DNA of 61,989 bases, the filler included, from a bacterium (lineage in GTDB: Bacteria > JALSQH01), in assembly GCA_026985515.1 (NCBI GenBank). It is 6 parts of 6 records of this genome, joined end to end, with 100 filler letters (N's around TTAATTAATTAA, not from the genome) between each part and the next. Parts side by side here need not be neighbours in the genome. Positions count along the whole stretch, not along the records: positions 33,725 to 40,892 come from JALSQH010000234.1; positions 40,993 to 47,972 come from JALSQH010000237.1; positions 48,073 to 54,986 come from JALSQH010000238.1; 3 more parts are not named here. The stretch is one strand, 5' to 3'. Positions 39,603 to 48,651 of this stretch are shown here, one piece after another. Position 1 is the stretch's first letter; each line of letters starts with the position of its first letter. Under the pieces are notes generated by a model. The model saw only the letters and a list, made by a program, of their open reading frames with translations, ran no database searches and had not been told where the DNA came from. The position numbers were made by a program, and so were the translations under genes.

Positions 39603-40040
39603 TCAAGAAGGAAAACGGGGAAATATTCTCCTAATGGGTAAGAAAGTGTATTTTTTTATCTTGAGAAGTTCCTGCAGAAATAGGAGCCTATGATTGATGA
39701 TCCTGAGAAGTTTTTCTGAGATTTTCATTTTTTTTACGGTGAGGTACAGCTGGTATGCTTTGAAATATCTTCCTTCCCTGAAAGCAATTTCAGCTTTTAA
39801 GTAAAGGGCATAGGGGTAATTTCGATTCGCCGGAAAGATCAGTACAAATTTATTTAGCAACTCCTCAGCCCTTTTTATATCACCTGAGTCAATATACTCC
39901 TTTGCTTTCATGAGGAGGAGCATATCGGGAGGAGGAATGGTTGTTACAACTTTCTTCCCAATGGAACACGCTGTCTGTGAAAAGATGAAAAGGATCAGGA
40001 TCTGCCGGAGTATTTTCCCCAATTTTCTATTAGCCTCCAT
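39603..40040 (-). CDS. TPR-containing putative lipoprotein (BamD/YbgF-like fold)
   Basis: QTA-C lipobox-like; FP...YPYALYLKAE TPR. Confidence 0.6.
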   Translation of the reverse strand: MEANRKLGKILRQILILFIFSQTACSIGKKVVTTIPPPDMLLLMKAKEYIDSGDIKRAEELLNKFVLIFPANRNYPYALYLKAEIAFREGRYFKAYQLYLTVKKMKISEKLLRIINHRLLFLQELLKIKKYTFLPIRRIFPRFPS

Positions 40041-40892
40041 GATGCATATGTGGCAAAAGCCATTATACTTTCCTGAGGGTTTACTCCAAGACAGCTGGGA
40101 AATATGCTTCCATCCATAATGAAGAGGTTTTCAATATCATGGGTTTCAAGATTGGTATTCACCACAGACTGTTTGGGGTCTTTCCCGAGTCTCGCTGTTC
40201 CCATTGGATGGAAAGCCATCATCTCAATGTTTCTTTTTCTCACTTTTTCCGGAGTGATTTTTTTCAGTTCATCAGGATTTTTGACAATGGTGAATGGATA
40301 GAGACCAAGATACACCTCTTTTGCACCTGCTGCAAAATAGATTTCAGCCATTTTCAAAATACCTTTAACCATCTTGTGCTTATCTTCTTCGTTAAAGCTG
40401 TAGAAAATTAGGGGTTTACCTCTCTGTAAGCTTCTTTTCACCTCTCCACTTGAGGAATCTGATACCATTACACCAAAGGCTGCAATGTATGGATACCGTT
40501 TCATTATTTCCATATTTCTGTATGAAACGTGGGGTAAAGCAGGTGCAGCAATTGAGGGAGGTACAAACACACCTTCAAGCATTATGCCTTCATTCCAGAA
40601 CTCATCAACATAGAGTCCCTGAGGCACACCTTTCCAGCCTTCTATTCTCTCTTCAAAGAGAGCACTTGCCCTGCTTCCGGGATGCAGGTGAAGATTTTTA
40701 CCAACCCAGCCACTGGAGTTTGCAAGGTTCCCATTTTCCAGAAGAAGAAAAGGGGTGTAGATGGCACCGGCGGCAAGAATAACTACTTTTGCTCTTATTT
40801 CAAAATCGTAGATAGGATCACCACTTTCTCCATCAATAATTTTACCCTTTACCCCATAGGCTCTTCCTGCATTGACGAGAATCTTTTCTGCT
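39995..40892 (-). CDS. Second GMC oxidoreductase (5' truncated by contig end)
   Basis: Frame open to the contig edge: AAGAIYTP, VGKNLHLHP, FHPMGTAR, GVNPQESIMAF; clear paralogue of 11515-13041. Confidence 0.9.
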
Positions 40893-40992
40893 NNNNNNNN
40901 NNNNNNNNNNNNNNNNNNNNNNNNNNNNNNNNNNNNTTAATTAATTAANNNNNNNNNNNNNNNNNNNNNNNNNNNNNNNNNNNNNNNNNNNN
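40893..40992. other. Artificial contig linker
   Basis: N44-TTAATTAATTAA-N44. Confidence 0.98.
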
Positions 40993-41635
40993 TCTCGCCG
41001 AGCAGGCTGGAGCCACAAGTATTGTGTGTCACCTTAGGGAGGACAGAAGACATATTCAGGACAGGGACCTGGAACTCCTCAGAAAAATTGTGAAGACAAG
41101 ACTCAATCTGGAAATGGCGCCAGTGGACGAAATGGTAAGAATAGCCCTCAATGTTCAGCCTGATCAGGTCACACTGGTTCCCGAAAGAAGAGAGGAAATT
41201 ACCACAGAGGGCGGACTTGATGTTGTATCTCACTTCAACGCCCTTCAGTCAAGGATAAGGGTATTGAAAGAAGCAGGAATAGTTGTAAGCCTTTTCATTG
41301 ATCCCGATCCAGAACAGGTTAAGGCTGCTCACAAAATAAGTGTCGATGCCATTGAACTTCACACGGGAAGGTATGCAGAGGCAAAAAAGAGGGAACTTAT
41401 GCGTGAAGAATGGGAGAGGATCAGAGATATGGCCAGGCTGGGGAGAAAACTGGGACTTGATGTCCATGCAGGGCATGGTTTAAACTACCGGAATGTTAGG
41501 CCAATAGCTGCCATAGAGGAGATTGAAGAACTCAACATCGGTCACAGCATTGTGGCAAGGGCTGTTTTTGTTGGATTTGAGAGGGCCGTAAAGGAGATGC
41601 TGGAACTCATTGCAACTCCCTCTGTGGATTTTTAA
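40993..41635 (+). CDS. pdxJ: Pyridoxine 5'-phosphate synthase (5' truncated)
   Basis: HLREDRRHI, LVPE..E.TTEGG, ELHTG, AGHGL, NIGHSI. Confidence 0.96.
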
Positions 41636-41757
41636 AAAATTTTTCTTTGAAAAAATTTCAGGGAGGATTATAATAGTATAGTAGATTGGTAATGTTTTGG
41701 AACAAGGGAGGGGAAAGATTGTCAAAAAAGAAGGTAAGCAGAAGGGAGTGGTGAAAT

Positions 41758-43389
41758 ATGGCAAGAAAAACCCTGAAAAAGGGCGAAAAAAAGAAAAAAA
41801 AGAAAATTGATCTCGACATAGAAATGGAAGATTTGCCTGAAGAAATGGAACTTGAGGAGAGTCCTTTTCTTGAAGAACTGGAGAGAGACTTCTATCCTGT
41901 GGAGGAGGATTTCTTTACTTTAAATGACCTCACAATGGATATTGAGGGGGAGACACCTGATCTGTATGAATCTGAGATTGATTCCAAAAATCTCAACTCC
42001 GTAAGCCTCTACTTTAAAGAAATGGGGGAAATTCCCCTTATTTCCCACGAGAAGGAAATCGAATTATCCAAAAAGATTAAGGAAGGTGAAAAGGAGATAA
42101 TCTCCATTCTCACCACAAACAACTTCTTCATGATGCGACTCAAAGAGGAAAAAGATAAACTGGCAAGGAACAAGATCAAACTGAGAAACCTCATTGAGCT
42201 GAGTGACGAAGAAGAGGCAAGAATAAGTGAGGATCAGATTGAGGATGTTCTTCATCTAATAGAAAGATTAATCAAGCGGAGGGAAGAAGCCAACAGACTG
42301 AAAGAAAAGATCAAACATGAGACATCTGAAGAAAAGAAAAAGGAGTATGAGAAAAAACTTCAGAAGAAGGAAGAATCCATAAGAAAACTTCTGGGAAAAA
42401 TAAAATTTAACAGAGATTTCCTGGACAAAGTTATCACTGAAATAAAAATGTATGACTCTGAAATCAGAAAGGCCCATCAGGAAATAGAATTCTACAAGAC
42501 CAAACTGGCAAGCAACAGAATCGATGAGGATGAAAAAATAATCTGGAAACAGAAAATCAGAAACAGTGAAAATGCAATTAAGGAGATACTTGAGAAACTT
42601 GGCACAACTGAAGAGGAATTTCAGGAATTTCTTAATAAGCTCAAGGAAGCAGAGGCAAGAATCAGAGAGGCAAGAAATGAGCTGATGCAGGCTAACCTGA
42701 GGCTTGTTATCTCAATTGCAAAGAAGTATGTTGGAAGGGGATTAACTCTGAACGACCTGATTCAGGAAGGAAACCTCGGATTAATCAAAGCAGTGGAGAG
42801 ATTTGACTTCAGCAAAGGCTTCAAATTCTCCACATACGCAACATGGTGGATAAGACAATCAATAACACGTGCCATTGCAAATAAAGCAAGAACAATCAGG
42901 ATACCTGTTCATATGCTGGATATTATCAACAATATTCTCAATGTTTCAAGGGAATTGAGCAGTGAGCTGGGAAGAGAACCCACAGAGGAAGAAATTGCCG
43001 AAAGAACAGGATTGTCAGTCGAGCGAATAAAAGAGATCAAAAAACTTGTCAAAGAACCCATTTCCCTTGATGAGCCCATCAGTGAAGGAGAGGAAAATAC
43101 CGTTGCCTACTTCGTTCCTGATACAAAAACACCAACTCCTCTTGAAGCAACGGTCAGCAAGCAGCTATCCGAAAAGACTCTTCAGCTTCTCTCACTCCTG
43201 ACTGAAAGGGAAGCAAAGATTTTAGAGATGAGATTTGGTCTCAGGGGAGAAAAGGAACACACCCTTGAGGAAATTGGACAGTACTTTAACCTCAGCAGGG
43301 AAAGGATCAGACAGATAGAGGCAGAGGCGATAAGAAAACTCCGCTCCCCTGAAATTGGAAAAGATCTCAAGGACTTCATAGAAGACTGA
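41758..43389 (+). CDS. RpoD-like sigma70 factor (group 1/2)
   Basis: Region 1.2 [46 protein letters not shown]...RERIRQIE. Confidence 0.92.
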   Translation: MARKTLKKGEKKKKKKIDLDIEMEDLPEEMELEESPFLEELERDFYPVEEDFFTLNDLTMDIEGETPDLYESEIDSKNLNSVSLYFKEMGEIPLISHEKEIELSKKIKEGEKEIISILTTNNFFMMRLKEEKDKLARNKIKLRNLIELSDEEEARISEDQIEDVLHLIERLIKRREEANRLKEKIKHETSEEKKKEYEKKLQKKEESIRKLLGKIKFNRDFLDKVITEIKMYDSEIRKAHQEIEFYKTKLASNRIDEDEKIIWKQKIRNSENAIKEILEKLGTTEEEFQEFLNKLKEAEARIREARNELMQANLRLVISIAKKYVGRGLTLNDLIQEGNLGLIKAVERFDFSKGFKFSTYATWWIRQSITRAIANKARTIRIPVHMLDIINNILNVSRELSSELGREPTEEEIAERTGLSVERIKEIKKLVKEPISLDEPISEGEENTVAYFVPDTKTPTPLEATVSKQLSEKTLQLLSLLTEREAKILEMRFGLRGEKEHTLEEIGQYFNLSRERIRQIEAEAIRKLRSPEIGKDLKDFIED

Positions 43390-43398
43390 GGAGGAAAT

Positions 43399-44112
43399 AT
43401 GTTAAAACTGGAAAACCTTGATGTTGCAATTGCCGAAACAGGTGAAATACGTCTCAAAAATATTAATCTGACCATTAAACCTGGTGAGCTTCATGTACTG
43501 ATGGGACCTAATGGAAGCGGAAAAAGCACCCTGGCAAATACCATTCTTGGATCAGAAAGATACAAAATAGTCAGGGGGAAGATTCTCCTGGATGGAGAGG
43601 AGATACAGAATTTACCACCTGAGGAAAGGGTAAAAAAGGGAATCTTTGTTTCATTCCAGTCTCCTCCAGAAATTTCCATGGTCAACTACATGAGATTTCT
43701 GAAATCAGTCCTTGAAGCACATGGACTGGATCCCGATGAAAAGAGAATAAAGGGAATTCTCAGAAAAGTTGGACTTGATGAAGAATTTCTGAAAAGGGAC
43801 GTGAATAAGGGATTCTCAGGGGGAGAAAAGAAGAGAGCAGAAATGGCACAGCTTCTCCTGTTGAAGCCATCATACACAGTCCTTGATGAACCTGATTCTG
43901 GAGTGGATGTTGACTCCCTCAAATTCATCGCTGGAACCATAAACGAAATTCTCAGCAGAAAAGCAGGAGTGCTTCTAATCACTCATTCAGCAAGGATACT
44001 TTCACAGCTTCCTTCAAATTTCATGGTACATATTCTGGTGGATGGGGAAATAAGGGCAACAGGTGGTCCGGAGCTTGTCCATAGAATAGAAAAAGAGGGT
44101 TTCGGGAGTTAA
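43399..44112 (+). CDS. sufC: Fe-S assembly ATPase
   Basis: GPNGSGKST, FQSPPEI, FSGGEKKR, LDEPDSGVD. Confidence 0.92.
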   Translation: MLKLENLDVAIAETGEIRLKNINLTIKPGELHVLMGPNGSGKSTLANTILGSERYKIVRGKILLDGEEIQNLPPEERVKKGIFVSFQSPPEISMVNYMRFLKSVLEAHGLDPDEKRIKGILRKVGLDEEFLKRDVNKGFSGGEKKRAEMAQLLLLKPSYTVLDEPDSGVDVDSLKFIAGTINEILSRKAGVLLITHSARILSQLPSNFMVHILVDGEIRATGGPELVHRIEKEGFGS

Positions 44113-44113
44113 C

Positions 44114-45418
44114 ATGTGGAACTTCGCAAGAAAACTGGGTGAACAGGCTGGAGAACCGGAATGGCTTATAAAAATCAGAGAAGAAGCAGAATCTTTTATC
44201 GATTCTGCACCATTTCCAGAAGAGATAAAGCCTGTCAATCTTGAAGAGTATGATCCTCTGGGAAAGGGTGATATTGAACTTCCTGACATAAAGGATCCGA
44301 GAAATATACCTCCGGAAATAAGAAACATGCTTACCAAAATGGGTATTCCTGAGAGGGAATGGCCCCTTGTGCTGGGAATGATTCAGGTTGATACGGCATC
44401 GAGTACCTCCTCCCTAAAAGGTTACTTTGAAAAACTGGGAGTCACACTGCTTCCATTGAGGGAGGCTCTCAAAACTCTGGATGAAGCAAGAGAATACGCC
44501 TTTAAATTGATGCCATACAGGGAAAACAAAATAGTAGCCTATCACACGGCGTACTGGAATGGTGGAGTTTTTCTGAAAATTGGAAAGGGTGTACACATTC
44601 CCCAGCCACTTCACACATATTTTCTCATAACAGAATCGAAACTTGCACAGGCTGACCATGCACTCTTTATACTTGAAGAGGGAAGCAGTGCCACCCTGAT
44701 TGAGGGATGTACGGCTCCCATTCTCTCAAGATTTTCTGCCCATCTTGGTGCCACAGAGGTGTATGTAAAGAAAAACGCCAGAGCAAAAGTGGTGGTTCTT
44801 CAAAACTGGCCCGGTTATGTACATACAAGGCCCTATACAAGGGTTGTTGTGGAAGAAGGTGGAGAAATTGAAGTTGTGGTGGCAATTTTAGGTACTGGAA
44901 AATCCTCAGGAAGGTATGAAGAGATATTTTTAAAAGGAAAGGGAGCAAAGGCAAAGGTTTACAGTATTTCCTTTGTAAGGGGTCAGGGTTATCTGGATGA
45001 TGTAATAAAAATCTATCTTGAAGCTCCCGAGACGGGGGGCATAATCAACACCAAAGGTGTTGTAAAGGACAGTGGCATCAGCAATTCCTATACATCCATT
45101 GTGGCAAAAGAGACAGCTGATAATTCCCTGGGGCACATTGAGTGCACGGGACTGCTTCTGAATGATGGAGCCATCCATTCAACCTATCCCCTCATAAGAT
45201 CAAAAAACAGAACATCCCAGCTGGAGCACGAGGCCTTTGTGGGTAAAATAGAGGAACAGATCATTGAGTATATGAGGAGCAGAGGATTAACTGAAGAAGA
45301 AGCCCTTTCTCTCGTTCTCAGGGGTTACATAGACCCGGTTGCAGAGATGATTCCATTTGAATTCTCTGCGGAGATAAGAAAAATGGCCTACATTCTTGCT
45401 GAAAGGGGTGGTGCATGA
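44114..45418 (+). CDS. sufB: Fe-S scaffold SufB-like
   Basis: EPEWL, EGCTAP, LQNW, HIECTGLLL, EHEA.VGKI, YMRSRGL. Confidence 0.88.
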   Translation: MWNFARKLGEQAGEPEWLIKIREEAESFIDSAPFPEEIKPVNLEEYDPLGKGDIELPDIKDPRNIPPEIRNMLTKMGIPEREWPLVLGMIQVDTASSTSSLKGYFEKLGVTLLPLREALKTLDEAREYAFKLMPYRENKIVAYHTAYWNGGVFLKIGKGVHIPQPLHTYFLITESKLAQADHALFILEEGSSATLIEGCTAPILSRFSAHLGATEVYVKKNARAKVVVLQNWPGYVHTRPYTRVVVEEGGEIEVVVAILGTGKSSGRYEEIFLKGKGAKAKVYSISFVRGQGYLDDVIKIYLEAPETGGIINTKGVVKDSGISNSYTSIVAKETADNSLGHIECTGLLLNDGAIHSTYPLIRSKNRTSQLEHEAFVGKIEEQIIEYMRSRGLTEEEALSLVLRGYIDPVAEMIPFEFSAEIRKMAYILAERGGA

Positions 45419-46503
45419 AAATTGAGGAAGTAATAAAACCTCACATGGAAGAAAGAATCAGGGAGATAAAGGAAATACCAGATGAGACAAAGGATCTCCT
45501 CAGGGTGATGGGTATCCCTGAAGATGAGTGGAATTTCACCGTCGGTCTCGGCACCACTCTTCCCCCCAGATATAAAAGGCTAAGGGATACTCTGCTGAAG
45601 GAAGGTGTGACTTTCGAAGAAGAGAAGGATGAAAATTCTTCAAAATTAAAAATAGAATTCCCACCTGACAGGGAAATTTCAACAACCCTTTACCTTTCCT
45701 GTCTCTCTGAGTGCGCCCTTCAGCCACACAAAAACATAAAAATAACTTTCAGAAGAGGATCCACGGGTACAGTGGTGATTGGAGGACCAGTACCAAAGCT
45801 TTTCAAAACCACTGCAATGACAAGCAACATCGAAGTGGAACTGGAGGAAAATGCAAGGGGAGATGTTGCGCTTCTCTTCAGTTATGATATGGAAACTGCA
45901 GCTCGAAATAATGTAAAGATAAGAGCTGGAAAGAAAAGCGTTCTTGCCATTTCTGGAGTTATCTTTGATCCAGGAAAAGACCTTGGAATAAAGTGGGAAT
46001 TCACCGCCGGTGACGACTCAAAGATCCTCTTTGATGAAATTGGCTTTCTCCACAGAAGGGAAAATTACAGGGGAAGCTGGACAGAAGTCACAGTGGGCGG
46101 GAAAAGGGTGGATGTGAAAATCAACAGCGCAGATTTTGCTCTGGGAAACGGAACAAGCAGGGCTATCTACATTGCAAAGGTGCTCAGAGGCGCAAAGGGA
46201 GCAACTGTGGAAATTGAGTCTTATTCAATGGACTTCTCCAGTGGCGCAGATAAAACTTTTCTGCCTGGATTCTACACAGAAGAAGATGAAGTTACTCTCT
46301 CTCACTCAGCTGGCAGTGCACATCTCACCGAGGAAAAGGTGGAATACTTAAAAAGCAGGGGATTATCTGACTCAGATATTTCACGAATAATCATTGATAC
46401 AGTTCTCGAAAAAACCGTTTACAACAAACTGCCAGAAGAATTTGTGGAGGAGACATACAACTACACAAGATTTATCCTTTCCAGGGAACACATCAAAATT
46501 TAA
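45415..46503 (+). CDS. sufD: Divergent SufD-like protein
   Basis: LSHSAG, YLKSRGLS, LPEEF; SufBD-family C-terminus. Confidence 0.72.
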   Translation: MKIEEVIKPHMEERIREIKEIPDETKDLLRVMGIPEDEWNFTVGLGTTLPPRYKRLRDTLLKEGVTFEEEKDENSSKLKIEFPPDREISTTLYLSCLSECALQPHKNIKITFRRGSTGTVVIGGPVPKLFKTTAMTSNIEVELEENARGDVALLFSYDMETAARNNVKIRAGKKSVLAISGVIFDPGKDLGIKWEFTAGDDSKILFDEIGFLHRRENYRGSWTEVTVGGKRVDVKINSADFALGNGTSRAIYIAKVLRGAKGATVEIESYSMDFSSGADKTFLPGFYTEEDEVTLSHSAGSAHLTEEKVEYLKSRGLSDSDISRIIIDTVLEKTVYNKLPEEFVEETYNYTRFILSREHIKI

Positions 46504-47142
46504 TTACACCGTGGGAGATTCTTCACCTACCCCCCTGAGATGGTGGGTGTAATTCAGAAAAACCACAGAATATCCCCTATCTTCCCGATATTTTATTAAT
46601 GAATAGGAAGCAGTGGCAAACTGAACTTTCCAGAAGTATGGTGGCTTCAACCCGAGAATTCCAGCAAAAATGACTTTTAGAACAGCTGTGTGACTCACCA
46701 CAGCAATTTTCCCACCTGGGTTTTCCCTGACAATTCTGTTGAGAGCCCCTGTGGCCCTCCTCCTCAGTGAAGGAATTGGTTCAAACCCTGGCATCCTCAA
46801 TTTTTCAGGATAGGTGAGCCATAGTTTAAATTCTTCAGGATACAATCTCTCTATTTCTTCCCTGGTCTTTCCCTCCCATGCCCCAAGAGATATGCTTCTG
46901 AAAGCCGGCTCAACAATAATTTTTGCTCCTGTCGTTTCAGAAACAGCCTTCGCAGTATCATAGGCTCTGATGAGAGGGCTTGTGTAAATAAGAGAGATTC
47001 CACTATCTTTGAGTGCTTCACCAAGTTTTTTTACCTGTAATTTTCCCTCTTCACTCAGAGGAAAATCTTCTCCTCCCCTGAATCTACCTTCTCTGTTCCC
47101 TTCAGACTCTCCATGGCGAATGAGATAAACATAGGTCTCCAT
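46504..47142 (-). CDS. Histidine phosphatase family protein
   Basis: LIRHGES, SPLIRAYDTA, VVSH. Confidence 0.9.
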   Translation of the reverse strand: METYVYLIRHGESEGNREGRFRGGEDFPLSEEGKLQVKKLGEALKDSGISLIYTSPLIRAYDTAKAVSETTGAKIIVEPAFRSISLGAWEGKTREEIERLYPEEFKLWLTYPEKLRMPGFEPIPSLRRRATGALNRIVRENPGGKIAVVSHTAVLKVIFAGILGLKPPYFWKVQFATASYSLIKYREDRGYSVVFLNYTHHLRGVGEESPTV

Positions 47143-47165
47143 CTTCCACTTCCTTTTCCGGTTAT

Positions 47166-47194
47166 AAAAAAAGGGGGGAACCACGTTCCCCCCT
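47166..47194 (-). terminator. Intrinsic terminator of the DUF5320-like gene
   Basis: AGGGGGGAA/TTCCCCCCT stem plus T tract on the minus strand. Confidence 0.75.
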
Positions 47195-47222
47195 CATACG
47201 TGGTAGGGAGAGGGACGGACGG

Positions 47223-47489
47223 CTATTCTAATTCCTTCAATCTTTCTTCAATTCTTTCAAGTTCTCTTCTCAATCTTTCAGCCTGACCCTTCAAAAATGC
47301 CTTTTCCTCTTCCTTTGTGGGATAGTAATCATAATCATACCAGTAATCGGGATAGTCATAATAATCAAGCCACCATGGTCCATGCCTCCATCCCCAGCCC
47401 CATCCATGGTGCCAGCCACCATGCCAGCCCCATCCTCTCCACCAGCGGCCTCTTGCCCACCAGGGACCAGTTCCATCACCCCAGGGCAT
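47223..47489 (-). CDS. DUF5320-like small protein, Trp/Tyr-rich
   Basis: MPxGDGTGP start, Gly-rich middle, C-terminal coiled coil EE..FLK.QAE.L..EL..IEERLKELE; AGGAGG RBS. Confidence 0.85.
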   Translation of the reverse strand: MPWGDGTGPWWARGRWWRGWGWHGGWHHGWGWGWRHGPWWLDYYDYPDYWYDYDYYPTKEEEKAFLKGQAERLRRELERIEERLKELE

Positions 47490-47517
47490 TGTCTCACCTC
47501 CTTGTTTTCTATTGATT

Positions 47518-47545
47518 ATTATAACCCTACGGGGGAGTTTGTCAA
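47518..47545 (-). promoter_or_regulatory. Consensus sigma70 promoter
   Basis: TTGACA-16-TATAAT. Confidence 0.75.
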
Positions 47546-47847
47546 TCACATATACTCCCTTTCAATTCAAAGAATGGTTTCCCCGCATCGGTGGGATGTA
47601 GATTCTCATCAACTATGGAAGCTCTCTCCATATTCCATTTATCATTATAGGGTGAAAAGTTCCACACAGCCTAGTCAATCTTCATTTCTTTCAAGCATTC
47701 AAGATTATCCCTCACATACCTGGAAGCATTTTTCATTTCATTAAGAGCGCCCCACTCTCCAACAAATATAGATGCCCCAATTTCACCTGCCTTTTTTCTC
47801 AACCTCTCAATCCCCCTCCTGATCCGCTCCTTTTCCCCATCATACCT
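47542..47847 (-). pseudogene. GH5 glycoside hydrolase (endoglycoceramidase-like) C-terminal remnant
   Basis: Manual translation ...IFVGEWGA...KID*AVWNFS...WNMERASIVD; no start codon; in-frame TAG at 47671-47673. Confidence 0.65.
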
Positions 47848-47859
47848 TTAGCACAAAAC

Positions 47860-47972
47860 TTATCCAAGAAGAGTCCTCACCACAAACTCCGCTCTTCTTT
47901 CCCAGCTTTCTTCCTCTGCCACCCTTTTTAATCGCTCCGAAACTCTCCTCAACTCCTCAGGATGATCCCTCA
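47860..47972 (-). CDS. C-terminal end of a probable glycosyltransferase (partial)
   Basis: RDHPEELRRVSERLKRVAEEESWERRAEFVVRTLLG*, resembling the final helix of a GT-B enzyme. Confidence 0.5.
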
Positions 47973-48072
47973 NNNNNNNNNNNNNNNNNNNNNNNNNNNN
48001 NNNNNNNNNNNNNNNNTTAATTAATTAANNNNNNNNNNNNNNNNNNNNNNNNNNNNNNNNNNNNNNNNNNNN
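47973..48072. other. Artificial contig linker
   Basis: N44-TTAATTAATTAA-N44. Confidence 0.98.
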
Positions 48073-48502
48073 AGGCCATGGAGTGAGGCCCATACTTCTC
48101 CTTAATCTCCTGCATCTTCTTTGCAATGAGATCAAGGGCCTCACCCCATGAAGCCCTCCTGAACCGCCCCTCTCCCCTTTTACCTACACGTATGAGGGGG
48201 TACTTCAGCCTGTCGGGATCATAAAGTAGCATGATCCCGGAGTTACCCCTTGCACACAGTTTTCCGTAATTCTGTGGATGTTCGGGATTTCCTTCAAGCT
48301 TTATCACTCTTCCATTTTTTACCCTCGCTATCACACCACACTTCCAGAAACACATCTCACAGAAGGTGGGAACAGTTTTAACCTTTCCATACCATTTAAC
48401 ACTTTTGGAGGAAAGGGCATTACCCTTTACAGGGACAAGAAGGGCACCACTACCAATGGCCATTCCTTTCAAAAAACTTCTTCTTGAAATTTTCTTCGCC
48501 AT
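48073..48502 (-). CDS. Tat-exported molybdopterin oxidoreductase catalytic subunit (PsrA/PhsA-like), 3' truncated
   Basis: SRRSFLK Tat motif; CEMCFWKC...LCARG [4Fe-4S]; YDPDRLKYPL. Confidence 0.87.
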
Positions 48503-48541
48503 CAAGTCACCTCCTCAATTCCAGCTTCCTGATTCTATAGA

Positions 48542-48556
48542 GCAAAAGTGAGACCA
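48542..48556 (-). promoter_or_regulatory. Canonical sigma54 promoter (TGGTCT-CACTT-TTGC)
   Basis: GG-N10-GC 40 nt upstream of the start. Confidence 0.6.
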
Positions 48557-48651
48557 AAACAGCGCAAGAAAATACTTTATTTTCAGGGTATTACAGACAG
48601 ACACATTTTTGACAAAAAGTTACTTATGATAAGAGAATTGACATTTTGGCA

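Noticed and set aside
47671..47673. In-frame TAG as pyrrolysine or stop-codon reassignment
   Set aside because: TAG terminates normal genes here (e.g. glmS, epmA, feoA), the frame lacks its 5' part, and TGG to TAG explains it.
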